Shown piece after piece: positions 23,922-36,779 of a DNA stretch of 64,000 nt. The notes under the pieces were generated by a model. It had not been told where the DNA came from. It did not search any database and was given only the letters and a program-made list of their open reading frames with translations. The DNA comes from Eledone cirrhosa (lineage: Eukaryota): positions 272,180,001 through 272,244,000 of the forward strand of contig OZ024743.1 in NCBI GenBank assembly GCA_964016885.1. The letters are read 5' to 3'. The number at the start of each line of letters is the position of its first letter. Position 1 is the first letter of the stretch. Both the position numbers and the translations under genes were made by a program.

Positions 23922-24715
23922 AGGTAATTTTCTGAAAGTTAAATTTGCTGCTCCCATCCCCTAATCCTGTTCCAATCACCAAAAAACACGGGGTGTGCAC
24001 AATTTCAGCTCAATCGGACAACTGTTAGGTGACCCTCACACCTTTTTAAATTGGAACATAGTATACGCAACGATTAATTCTGTTCAAAAGCGGTATACTG
24101 TTTCCTATCTCGACCATTTTCTTTTTTCTTCTTAGAGAAATTTATGTGGACACATCCAGGCAACCCCAGCAAATGTTTAAAAACGTTCTGAATCAAATTT
24201 ACCAATAGTTAATTTTAAGAAATATTAGGTTTTCTTAATAAAGCACACAACTTCTATAAGAGAAACGCATTTTTATTTACAACAATAATTTCTATAGAAA
24301 CAAAAACATAATGTGAACACTGAATATTGAACATTATTTTTGCATAAGAGAGGATTTAGTGGCAGTTGGGTATGTTTTACGGTTTTCGGTAACGATCTGT
24401 AAAACAAATTGTTTCTCAGTTTCATTTTTGGGTAGAATGTTATTGTAATCCTGAATCAGTTTGACACATCTTTCTACAACATCATTCATAACAACTGTCT
24501 TCTCAAGTTTGTCAAGTCCACTTTTGTAACCAGGATCATCCCTCCATGTTGAAGGGTCTTTGTCGAAGAAATCGGTGCAGATAGGAAACCTCGTGAAGAA
24601 AGTTTTTGTACCAAGAGTTACAAAAGATGTTTGTAAAGGAAGAAAAGTCATTTTGGTGCAGTTGATTTTTTCTTCTTCTTCCTCTTCTTCACCTTTGTCA
24701 GCTTCCAGCATAACT
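23922..24715 (-). mobile_element. hAT-superfamily (hATm-like) transposon 3' part with transposase C-terminus
   Basis: Terminus tagggtggcccttagc at 23922. ORF 24334-24711 contains DPSTW..VVMNDVVERCVKLIQDY..EKQFVLQIVTENRK..P (V.ND.AER.VKL motif). Confidence 0.7.
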
Positions 24716-24734
24716 TGAGCAATATTGCCATAAC

Positions 24735-25310
24735 CTCTCCTTGTCTCCTTGCTCTCCTTTTCTTATTACTCTCCTTGCTCTCCCTTTATCCTTGCTTTCC
24801 TTTCATCCTTGCTCTCCTTGCACTCTTTTTATCCTTGCTCTACTTGCTCTCCTTTTCTCATTGCTCTCCTTGCTCTCCCTTTCTCCTTGCTTTCCCTTTC
24901 TCCTTGCTCTCCTTTTCTCTTTGCTCTCCTTTTCTCCTTGCTCTCCTTTTATCCTTGCTCTTCTTTTCTCCTTGCTTTCATTGCTCTCCTTGCTTTCTTT
25001 TTTAATTGCTCTCCTTGCTCTCCTATTTCCATTGCTCTCATTGATCTCTCTGTTCTCCTTGCTCTCCTTTTATCCTTGCTCTCCTTTTCTCCTTTTCTCC
25101 TTGCTCTCCATGCTCTCTTTTTCTTGTTGCTGTCCTTGCTCTACTTGCTTTCCTTTTCTCATTGCTCTCATTTCTTTCCTTTCCCCCTTGCTCTCCTTTC
25201 TCACCCTTTTCACTGCTCTCCTTGCTCGACTTGATCTTTTCTCCTCGCTCCCCTTTTATCGTTGCTCTACTTGATCTCCTTTTATCCTTGCTCTCCCTTT
25301 CTCCTAGTAT
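24735..25310. repeat. Pyrimidine-rich degenerate minisatellite (ccttgctctcctttt)
   Basis: Recurrent ttgctctcc units. Confidence 0.9.
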
Positions 25311-25388
25311 CTATGTACTTGTTTATATACAAATACAATGAGAAAAGGGGAGCAAGGAGAAATATGAAAGCAAGTATAGCAAGGAGAG

Positions 25389-25563
<175 letters not shown>

Positions 25564-25620
25564 CTCAATACCGAGTACTCATTTCTCTCAGCTGTCAATC
25601 ACATACGGATTTATGTATAT

Positions 25621-25960
25621 TAGGGTGGCCCTTAGCAATAAGTAATTTTCCGAAAGTTAAAATTTTGCTGCTCCCACAGTGAAAAATAGGTGTTTGCCCT
25701 ATACCTGCGCTCTGTTCCCAGCTTTGCAAGTTGCCTTCCCTCTTATATTCTTCTAATACCAAGAATAAGTCTGAACAAGTTTTTAATTTAAGAGAAAATT
25801 ATATAAGAGATAAACATTTTTATCTGAAAAAATGACTTTCCGGGCGAAAACTTCAAAATTTCACGATCAATGAGGGTCGTCTTGCAGTTGTCCGCTTGAG
25901 CTAAAGTTTTGCATAGATTGTTTTTTTTTGTTAATGGGAACAAGATAGGGGGATGGGAGC
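25621..25960. mobile_element. Non-autonomous derivative of the hATm-like family
   Basis: Same tagggtggcccttagcaata terminus as 23922. 25880-25960 is the reverse complement of subterminal 23950-24025. Confidence 0.65.
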
Positions 25961-26435
25961 TATATGTATGTATGTATGTGTGTGTGTCTAGTACAAGAAA
26001 GTTTATACTAAATAATTCGTTACGTTATGCCAATCACATATGTTTCAGTCACTGATGTCACATCTCAGTAATTATTTTGCGTCGAATTAGAAATATTTTT
26101 TGGGCTGTCATTTCAATTATCAATAAATATCTGCTACATATTTATTTTTTTAATCTTATTTATTTATTTATTTAATCAATTTAAACGTGCGTGTAGAGCT
26201 GGCAAGCCATCTTAGACTGGGAAAGGTATCTAATAATTAAGAAACTGAATCAAGAAACTGAATCAAGAGAGAGAGAGAGAGAGAAAAGAAAGAGAGCGAG
26301 AGAGAGAAAAGAAAGAGAGCGAGAGAAAGAAAAAAAGCGAGAGAGAGAAAGAAAGAAAGAGAGAGAGAGATATATAGAGAAAGAGAGTGTTATATATATA
26401 TATATATATATATAATTTTCTACTGGCATTTTAAA

Positions 26436-26522
26436 GGGTCTGCCGAGCTGCCGATTATAGAGTCGGGTAAGATCGATACAGATCGAACCTTGAACTGATC
26501 AATGGCGAAACGCGCGTCACCT
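26436..26522 (+). ncRNA. Hammerhead-like motif with branched stem-II insertion
   Basis: gggt-CTGCCGA-gc[two hairpins]gc-GAAA-cgcgcg-TC-acct, followed by aataaa. Confidence 0.5.
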
Positions 26523-26677
26523 ACCAATAAATGTAATGAAGGAGTAACCAATCGTCCTTGTTATCCTTTCAATATAATGCACTCTGTATAGCTCTCTCTA
26601 CACCTCAACACAGAAGTGAACCTAAACATCGAGTGTTCACCCGGGTGAACCTGCAGTAACTCCAAGTTACACTCCCT

Positions 26678-27524
<847 letters not shown>

Positions 27525-27825
27525 GTAAAAATAAAAGTCGCAAAAGAATCAAAAGAAAAGTGAGAAAAAGATTTTGTTACCTCTGTTTTTTTGGCACTCT
27601 TGTTGTTGCTGTTGGCCTTGCTACTGCCGACTCTACTGTTACTGCTGTTGTTGCTGTTACTGTTGCTGCCTACTAAGTTTGATGATCTTGTTGCTGTAGT
27701 CGATGCCGTTGTGTTCTGGGTGACATAATGAGAAAATATAATAAAATAAAAATGATCCGACTCACTAGACATATTTCTTTATTGATTTCAGCTGTAATAT
27801 CAAACAGTGCAAACCCCGAAAGAGC

Positions 27826-27958
27826 AAAATGAATGGTTACTGGGTTACAAGGGTTATCATCATCATCATCATCACCATCACTATCATCAGCTTTCTCCAC
27901 CCCATCATCATCGTCATCAACATCAAAATAAATGGTTTCTGGGTTATATCATCCCCAC

Positions 27959-27989
<31 letters not shown>

Positions 27990-28085
27990 GTCATCATCTT
28001 TCTCCACCCCATCATCATCGTCATCAAAATGGTCTGTGTTATATCACCACCACCACCACCACCACCACCACCACCACCATCAACA
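27826..28085. repeat. (CAT)n/(CAC)n low-complexity region with ~100-bp tandem duplication
   Basis: aatggtt.ctgggtta...ctttctccaccccatcatcatcgtcatcaa occurs twice. Confidence 0.85.
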
Positions 28086-28206
28086 AACACTTCTCCGCCA
28101 TCACCACCAACATCTGCACCATCCCATTCTCTTCAACTCTCTCATCATTCATCTCACTTTGGAGATATTGACGTTTTCGTGTTATGTTTAACATCACTGC
28201 AAATGT

Positions 28207-28295
<89 letters not shown>

Positions 28296-30285
28296 GCACG
28301 CACATACACACACACAAATACACACACAGTTTTCCTATCTATTTACGTCTCAAGTTGATATAGTGGAGATGAAGTTGGTGGTGATGACACTGGTTGTTTT
28401 AGTTGGAGTAGTAACGGTGAGGTATTGCAATTGTTCATTGTTCTACGTGCTTAGACAACTGGCAGGAGTACATCGTACTTATTTGACCAATGTTACAGTT
28501 GTAGTCGTGTTGTTTACATCATTCATCCTTGCCATCAAATTCATAAACAGCATAGGTCATTTGTAGCTTTTTCATAGGATTCCTTGTTTGTTACTGGCAA
28601 CTTAGTTAAGTTTTAGAGTTTTTATATAATACCATCAGTGTTAGTTTATGGTTTGGTGCGATGTATTACATATTACGTCTCATATGATTTTTTTATAAGG
28701 TCTTTATTTATTTTGTAGTTAGCATGCGTTTGATTAATGTAATACACTTTTGGTGTAGTATGTTTTCAATAGGTGTATTGCCTGTGTATTTATTGCATTG
28801 TATTTGTTCAATAGCTTTGTCTGCTAGTTTGTTGATTAATATTTGTTTGATTCTGTATATTGCTTCTATCTACTGCTTCGTTTGTGTACTGGAATATAAA
28901 TTCCTTTCTAAGTATAAATTTTGTCAATACCATTTCGTACTTGTGTTGACATTCGCTGTCTCTGTGTAAGTATATGCATATATTTGTCTTTGGCGCACAG
29001 GAACGTGATGTATCTATTATTTTCTATCTCAATGTTTATGTCTAGATACTGAGTCAATTCTATAAAGAATTCCACGCAAAATTAGAAGATTAACAGTGGA
29101 AGTAATACTCACAGCACATTACAATGCTAAAACACGCACATAATATATAGTAATTAAAAACCAAACCAAACATTTGACTGATGACAATGTAACGACCAAT
29201 AATATAAATTCCAATAGCAATGTCTAGATCAATCTAGCTGACAAAACGCGTTGAACTGGAAAGTTTACTCTTAAAAAACATGTCGAAAGCTACAAAACTC
29301 ATACAAATATCCCCCAAAGTAGCTATGTAAAAATAGAAATAAACTCGAGCACAGTCGTATTTTCAATACATATTGAAAACAAACAACAACAAAAACATGG
29401 TTTACATATATAGAAATAAACCTTATAAAAAAAACTGCCATGTTCAAGACATTTATACAACAGTGCTTATATATGTCGGTGTTGTGCAGAAGTCATATCA
29501 TTAGATTATCTAGAGGTTGATGGCTGAGGACTTTTTAGAATGAAAAGAATCTGTACAACTGTAGATTTCGCTCTATAATGTCTTCAAGTATGCATTAACT
29601 GTTTTGGCCTTAAATTCAATTGCATCCGCAAATGTGAAGTTGTTTCGTAAGTTCATGATGCTGCAATCTTTGTTAACACCAAATGCAAGATGAATCCTGG
29701 CATGTGTATGTCAATTTATGTCACTTCATGATGCTTTGATACATTTGGTGCAACGGTCTCGTTGTGTTTGGAATCAAGGTCAGAACATAAACGTCTTCAT
29801 TCTCACACATCAGGGATTCAAAATGGCCGCGTGAATCGTTGATAAATAGAAACTTGAATGATAGCTGCATTTTCTCGAAATATTTCACTTCCGATATATA
29901 GCAGTGGTAGAACTAAAATAGCAGAACACGGGCAGCATAAATTTGTCTCTGTTGTTAAGGACATGGGAAGATTTGGCTCTGTATATCAGACATATTATAA
30001 TCATAAGACCTCCATCATTGCTAGGTAGCACTAGAGTACGACGATTCATCCAAGACTTAAACCTTGGGAGGTACAGATCGGTATTTTCTTCCAGAAAAAG
30101 CCAGTTTCATTATAGTTAGAGACTTGCACTTGTCCGTAGCCTTTTTTCTCGATTAGTTTATTTTAGCTTCTCTACTAATTCCAATTATGCTTTCGTATCA
30201 GCTGACACCAATTCACTCATAATCTTAAAATTCTTGAGGTTGTAACACTTTATAAGGCTACAAAGCTATCTATTGCTAACTTTAA

Positions 30286-30496
30286 CCCTTTAGCATTTAC
30301 ATTACTCTCTATCTACTATCGTATTTTCACAGTAAAGGCTTTACCTCACATAATTATCTCACATAATATCGAATCTATGAGATTTTGATATTATTTATTT
30401 TGAGAACAATACCTTAACATCAATATGAGCAGCCGGTTTGAACAGAAAGAGGTGAGAGAATTCTGGCCGGATACGACCGGTTTAAATGCTAAAGGG
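30286..30496. mobile_element. piggyBac-like MITE
   Basis: TTAA|ccctttagcattta ... taaatgctaaaggg|TTAA: 14-bp TIR, TTAA TSD. Confidence 0.85.
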
Positions 30497-31033
30497 TTAA
30501 ACACCCGCTTATTGCTCTTCTCAAACCTATGACTGTAATATTTATATAGGCCAAGTACTTTTTCATGCTGTATGTTTTCGTCAACAGAGACATGTTTTCT
30601 AGCCACAAATTTAATGCTCCTTTGGTCTTTACAAACATTTTATTACGTATCCGAGGTTCACCCATTCACAACAATGCTATTATTCTCATCATCAACTCAT
30701 TGCTGTTGTTAGTGATGATGATAGCGTTGTTACCTGCAGTTGTGACAATGTCTGCTGTTGTGTTAGTTGTGGTAATGGTTGTGCTTTTAACGTTGGCTAC
30801 GATAATTGTAAATGCTCTTATTTCAGCCTCCTATCACCCCAGCATCAGCAGCATTAACAACCTTAACAGCATCAGCAGTATCAGCTGAACTACTACCACT
30901 ATTACCGCAATGAGTACCGTCTCAAGCAATACCACTAACAACCACAACTTTAACTCCAATGTCATCACCATGCCTATTAATTCAGCTTCCATCAATACCT
31001 ACTACTGCTACCAACATCATGTTACCACTTGAC

Positions 31034-31505
31034 TAGGCATGGGCAACCTTTTTCGAGAAGCGGACCGATTGATATATGGCTCATCATCAGGGCGGGCCGC
31101 AAGCGCTAATTTACATTCGAACCCACATAAAAAAAAAAGGATGGTAACTCGGGTTGTTTTGATTTGTTTCTTCAGAATTGGTACACGTTGTTTTCCTTGA
31201 TCGTAAAAATAATAGAAAAATAAATAACTGTTTCTACTTTAGGCACAAGGCCAGCAATTATCCAGTGCATTACTGGTACTTTATTTTATCGACCCCGTAA
31301 GGATAAAAGGCAAAGTCAACCTCGGCGGGATTTGAACTCAGATCGTAAAGGGACGTAACTATGCTGGAAAGCATGGCGTCTGACCCTCTACCGATACTGC
31401 CAATAACGACTGATAAGTTGGGGTAAAAAATTCAGAAAGATTTCACTTAGGTGACTTAGGCGAGCCATTCAGGAAGCTTCGCGGGCCGCAGGTTGCCCAC
31501 GATTG
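31034..31505. mobile_element. hAT-Charlie-like MITE with nested SINE
   Basis: Ends taggcatgggcaacct / aggttgcccacgattg, 8-bp TSD cacttgac / cactagac. Confidence 0.75.
31226..31403 (-). mobile_element. SINE family A nested in MITE
   Basis: Near-consensus copy. Confidence 0.9.
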
Positions 31506-32056
31506 CACTAGACCTTATTTATGAAATAAAAAACAAAACAAAACAAAAACACCGTGATGGAGGTTTGGTTAATATTTCTAGTAAAGCGAACGACCATATA
31601 AAGGCTTCTTCATCGGCCCGTGGTTGTAATAGTCATTATTATTGTTTAACCCAAAGTTAGGACTCTTCGAGCACACCTTTGTTTAAAGGCATTCCAGTCG
31701 TTATCATCATGCCTTTTAGTGGTTCTAGCATTACATTGTCCAATTTCTCCTTTTACTCTTTAAAATTGCAGGGTGTAATTTAAGGCAGATTTGTCCGCTA
31801 TTTCTAACCACTCGAGCGACCGTGTAGCGGTTATACTTGCTGGGGGTCATGATGGTTATACTAGTTGCTTGCAGTAGTAGTAATGTGTGTTGTAATGAAG
31901 GTAGCAGTCAGAGGGCTTGCTGTGATGAAGGTAGCAATAGCGGTAGTGGTTGTTGTGATAGAAGTAGTAATGGGAGTGATTATTGGTATGGTGGTAGAAG
32001 TGAGAGTGGTCATTGTGATGGCTGTGGTGATGTTGTTGTTGAGGTTAATGTATTAT

Positions 32057-34770
32057 GGTGGTAGTGGTAGGTGTTGTGTTGAAAGTAGTGGTAGGTGTTG
32101 TGATGAAAGTAGTGGTAGTGGTAGGTGTTGTAATGAAAGTAGTGGTAGTGGTAGGTGTTGTGATGAAAGTAGTGGTAGTGGTAGGTGTTGTGATGAAAGT
32201 AGTGGTAGTGGTAGGTGTTGTGATGAAAGTAGTGGTAGTGGTAGGTGTTGTGATGAAAGTGGTGGTAGTGGTAGGTGTTGTGATGAAAGTGGTGGTAGTG
32301 GTAGGTGTTGTGATGAAAGTGGTGGTAGTGGTAGGTGTTGTGATGAAAGTAGTGGTAGTGGTAGGTGTTGTGATGAAAGTGGTGGTAGTGGTAGGTGTTG
32401 TGTTGAAAGTAGTGGTAGGTGTTGTGATGAAAGTAGTGGTAGTGGTAGGTGTTGTGATGAAAGTGGTGGTAGTGGTAGGTGTTGTGATGAAAGTGGTGGT
32501 AGTGGTAGGTGTTGCGATGAAAGTGGTGGTAGTGGTAGGTGTTGTGTTGAAAGTGGTGGTAGTGGTAGGTGTTGTGATGAAAGTGGTGGTAGTGGTAGGT
32601 GTTGTGTTGAAAGTAGTGGTAGGTGTTGTGATGAAAGTGGTGGTAGTGGTAGGTGTTGTGTTGAAAGTGGTGGTAGTGGTAGGTGTTGTGATGAAAGTGG
32701 TGGTAGTGGTAGGTGTTGTGTTGAAAGTAGTGGTAGGTGTTGTGATGAAAGTAGTGGTAGTGGTAGGTGTTGTGTTGAAAGTAGTGGTAGTGGTAGGTGT
32801 TGTGATGAAAGTAGTGGTAGTGGTAGGTGTTGTGATGAAAGTGGTGGTAGTGGTAGGTGTTGTGATGAAAGTAGTGGTAGGTGTTGTGATGAAAGTGGTG
32901 GTAGTGGTAGGTGTTGTGATGAAAGTAGTGGTAGGTGTTGTGTTGAAAGTGGTGGTAGGTGTTGTGATGAAAGTGGTGGTAGTGGTAGGTGTTGTGATGA
33001 AAGTGGTGGTAGTGGTAGGTGTTGTGATGAAAGTGGTGGTAGTGGTAGGTGTTGTGATGAAAGTGGTGGTAGTGGTAGGTGTTGTGATGAAAGTAGTGGT
33101 AGTGGTAGGTGTTGTGTTGAAAGTGGTGGTAGTGGTAGGTGTTGTGATGAAAGTAGTGGTAGTGGTAGGTGTTGTGTTGAAAGTGGTGGTAGTGGTAGGT
33201 GTTGTGATGAAAGTAGTGGTAGGTGTTGTGATGAAAGTGGTGGTAGTGGTAGGTGTTGTGATGAAAGTAGTGGTAGTGGTAGGTGTTGTGTTGAAAGTGG
33301 TGGTAGTGGTAGGTGTTGTGATGAAAGTGGTGGTAGTGGTAGGTGTTGTGATGAAAGTAGTGGTAGGTGTTGTGATGAAAGTGGTGGTAGTGGTAGGTGT
33401 TGTGATGAAAGTAGTGGTAGGTGTTGTGATGAAAGTAGTGGTAGTGGTAGGTGTTGTAATGAAAGTGGTGGTAGTGGTAGGTGTTGTGATGAAAGTGGTG
33501 GTAGTGGTAGGTGTTGTGATGAAAGTGGTGGTAGTGGTAGGTGTTGTGATGAAAGTAGTGGTAGTGGTAGGTGTTGTGATGAAAGTAGTGGTAGGTGTTG
33601 TGATGAAAGTAGTGGTATTGGTAGGTGTTGTGATGAAAGTAGTGGTAGTGGTAGGTGTTGTGATGAAAGTGGTGGTAGTGGTAGGTGTTGTGATGAAAGT
33701 AGTGGTAGTGGTAGGTGTTGTGATGAAAGTGGTGGTAGTGGTAGGTGTTGTGATGAAAGTAGTGGTAGGTGTTGTGATGAAAGTAGTGGTAGTGGTAGGT
33801 GTTGTGTTGAAAGTAGTGGTAGTGGTAGGTGTTGTGATGAAAGTGGTGGTAGTGGTAGGTGTTGTGATGAAAGTGGTGGTAGTGGTAGGTGTTGTGATGA
33901 AAGTGGTGGTAGTGGTAGGTGTTGTGATGAAAGTGGTGGTAGTGGTAGGTGTTGTGATGAAAGTAGTGGTAGTGGTAGGTGTTGTGATGAAAGTAGTAGG
34001 AGTGGTAGGTGTTGTGATGAAAGTGGTGGTAGTGGTAGGTGTTGTGATGAAAGTAGTGGTAGTGGTAGGTGTTGTGATGAAAGTAGTGGTAGTGGTAGGT
34101 GTTGTGATGAAAGTAGTGGTAGTGGTAGGTGTTGTGATGAAAGTGGTGGTAGTGGTAGGTGTTGTGATGAAAGTAGTGGTAGTGGTAGGTGTTGTGATGA
34201 AAGTGGTGGTAGTGGTAGGTGTTGTGATGAAAGTAGTGGTAGTGGTAGGTGTTGTGATGAAAGTGGTGGTAGTGGTAGGTGTTGTGATGAAAGTGGTGGT
34301 AGTGGTAGGTGTTGTGATGAAAGTGGTGGTAGTGGTAGGTGTTGTGATGAAAGTAGTGGTAGTGGTAGGTGTTGTGATGAAAGTAGTAGGAGTGGTAGGT
34401 GTTGTGATGAAAGTGGTGGTAGTGGTAGGTGTTGTGATGAAAGTAGTGGTAGTGGTAGGTGTTGTGATGAAAGTAGTGGTAGGTGTTGTGATGAAAGTGG
34501 TGGTAGTGGTAGGTGTTGTGTTGAAAGTGGTGGTAGTGGTAGGTGTTGTGATGAAAGTAGTGGTAGTGGTAGGTGTTGTGATGAAAGTAGTGGTAGTGGT
34601 AGGTGTTGTGATGAAAGTGGTGGTAGTGGGAGTGGTCGTTGTGATGAAAGTAGTGGCAGTGGTAGGTGTTGTGATGAAAGTAGTGGTAGTGGGAGTGGTC
34701 GTTGTGATGAAAGTAGGGTAGTGGTAGGTGTTGTGATGAAAGTAGTGGTAGTGGGAGTGGTCGTTGTGAT
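32057..34770. repeat. 30-bp minisatellite (ggtaggtgttgtgatgaaagt[a/g]gtggtagt) with 24-bp variants, about 90 units
   Basis: Direct reading. Translates as GRCCDESSGS (+) or TTTTFITTPT (-). Confidence 0.97.
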
Positions 34771-35059
34771 AAAATTAGTAGTAGGAGTGGTTGTTGTAAT
34801 GGATGTAGTGGTGGTAGTAGTAGTTGTGATGAAGGTGGTGTTTAGTGAGTTAGTGGTGGTGGTTATTATAAAGATTGTTGAGGTGAGAGGAATTGCGGCA
34901 TGGTTGTTGTGATAAAGGTTGTAGTGACAATGGCGTGTCTTTTAGTGAAGGTAGTAGTAGTAGTAGTAGTAGTGGTTTTTGTAATAAAAAGTGTTATTGT
35001 GGTGGTAACTACAGTTATGGCTGTAGTAATGGTAGTGGTTGTTGTGTTGACAACAGGGG

Positions 35060-35800
35060 ATGTAGTAGTTATTGCTATGTGTGTTGTGGTGTTGATGGTT
35101 GTTGTGGTAGTAGTGATAGATGGATGGTGTTAGTAGTTATTGCCATGTGTGTTGTGGTGTTGATGGTTGTTGTGGTAGTAGTGATAGATGGATGGTGTAG
35201 TAGTTATTGCTATGTGTGTTGTGGTGTTGATGGTTGTTGTGGTAGTAGTGATAGATGGATGGTGTAGTAGTTATTGCTATGTGTGTTGTGGTGTTGATGG
35301 TTGTTGTGGTAGTAGTGATAGATGGATGGTGTAGTAGTTATTGCTATGTGTGTTGTGGTGTTGATGGTTGTTGTGGTAGTAGTGATAGATGGATGGTGTA
35401 GTAGTTATTGCTATGTGTGTTGTGGTGTTGATGGTTGTTGTGGTAGTAGTGATAGATGGATGGTGTAGTAGTTATTGCCATGTGTGTTGTGGTGTTGATG
35501 GTTGTTGTGGTAGTAGTGATAGATGGATGGTGTAGTAGTTATTGCTATGTGTTGTGGTGTTGATGGTTGTTGTGGTAGTAGTGATAGATGGATGGTGTAG
35601 TAGTTATTGCTATGTGTGTTGTGGTGTTGATGGTTGTTGTGGTAGTAGTGATAGATGGATGGTGTAGTAGTTATTGCTATGTGTGTTGTGGTGTTGATGG
35701 TTGTTGTGGTAGTAGTGATAGATGGATGGTGTTAGTGGTTATTGCTATGTGTTGTGGTGTTGATGGTTGTTGTGGTAGTAGTGATAGATGGATGGTGTAG
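35060..35800. repeat. 67-bp minisatellite, about 11 units
   Basis: ttattgc recurs at 35204, 35271, 35338: period 67, not a multiple of 3. Confidence 0.95.
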
Positions 35801-36779
35801 GAGTGGTTGTTGTTGTTGTGGTAGTAGTGGTTGTTGTGGTGGTAGTAGTAGTTGTGGTGGGAGTGGTCGTTGTATTGATGATAAAGTAGGTAGTTGCTGT
35901 TGTTATAGCTGTTCTTAGTGTAGTGTTGTAGTTGCTGTTGTTATAGCTATATTGCAATGGAAGTGACAGTAGTTATAATGGCTTTGATGGTTGTTGTGAT
36001 GGTAGTGGTTGTTGTGGTGATGGTGGGAGCGGTTGTTGTTGTTGTGGTGGTAGTGGCTGTTGTTGTGGGAGTGGTCGTTGTATTGATGATAAAGTAGGTA
36101 GTTGCTGTTGTTATTGCTGTTCTTAGTGTAGTGTTGTAGTTGCTGTTATAGCTTTTCCTCAAATATACTGTTATAGTTTTTCTTAATATAGTGCTGTAGT
36201 TGTGGTTGTTGTTAGTATAGTGTTGTCATTGTTGATATATGTGTTTTTACAGTGTTGCGGTTGCTTTTAAGGTTGTAACTGTTGTAGTTATTATTGTAAT
36301 TAATTTTCAGTTGTGGTTAGTATGTTGTTGTTGTTAATATAGTGCTGATGTAGTTATTATTTGATTCCAAGTCAGTACTGATCGGACAGACCTAAGATTA
36401 AAGGTATTCCAGTCGTGACTAATATATCTTTGTTTCTTTTTCTTTAGAAATAGTTGTGGGGCTGTATTCTGCCACGTATCTTTTCTATTTAAGGGAAGCA
36501 AGGTATGATTTGAGAGAGATCTGACTGCTATTTCTCGCAAGTCGAGCACCCTTGAAGACGCTCACATGTTGGCATGCGATCATTACGTGCTGGCAGTCGG
36601 TGGGTGTGGTCTCTGTATAGTCTCCTATATGATGATGCGGACGAAGATTTTACGCTGTCGTTCTGTTCATCATCAAGTCACATTACTCAGTGGACAGTGA
36701 CGGTTGTGGATGTGGTGGTGGAGGCGACGGTGAAGACTATAGCAGCGGCTCGTGTTGTGATGGGGAAGGTGGTGGTAAA

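Noticed and set aside
24715-25274. Leu/Ser/Phe-rich hydrophobic ORFs resembling membrane proteins
   Set aside because: All three frames are open because the region is a pyrimidine-rich satellite
28500-30200. Weak inverted similarity and a possible decayed transposase
   Set aside because: Matches are too short and no diagnostic motif could be read
32057-35800. Regular 30-bp and 67-bp repeats as a CRISPR-like array
   Set aside because: No unique spacers, eukaryotic context, no cas genes
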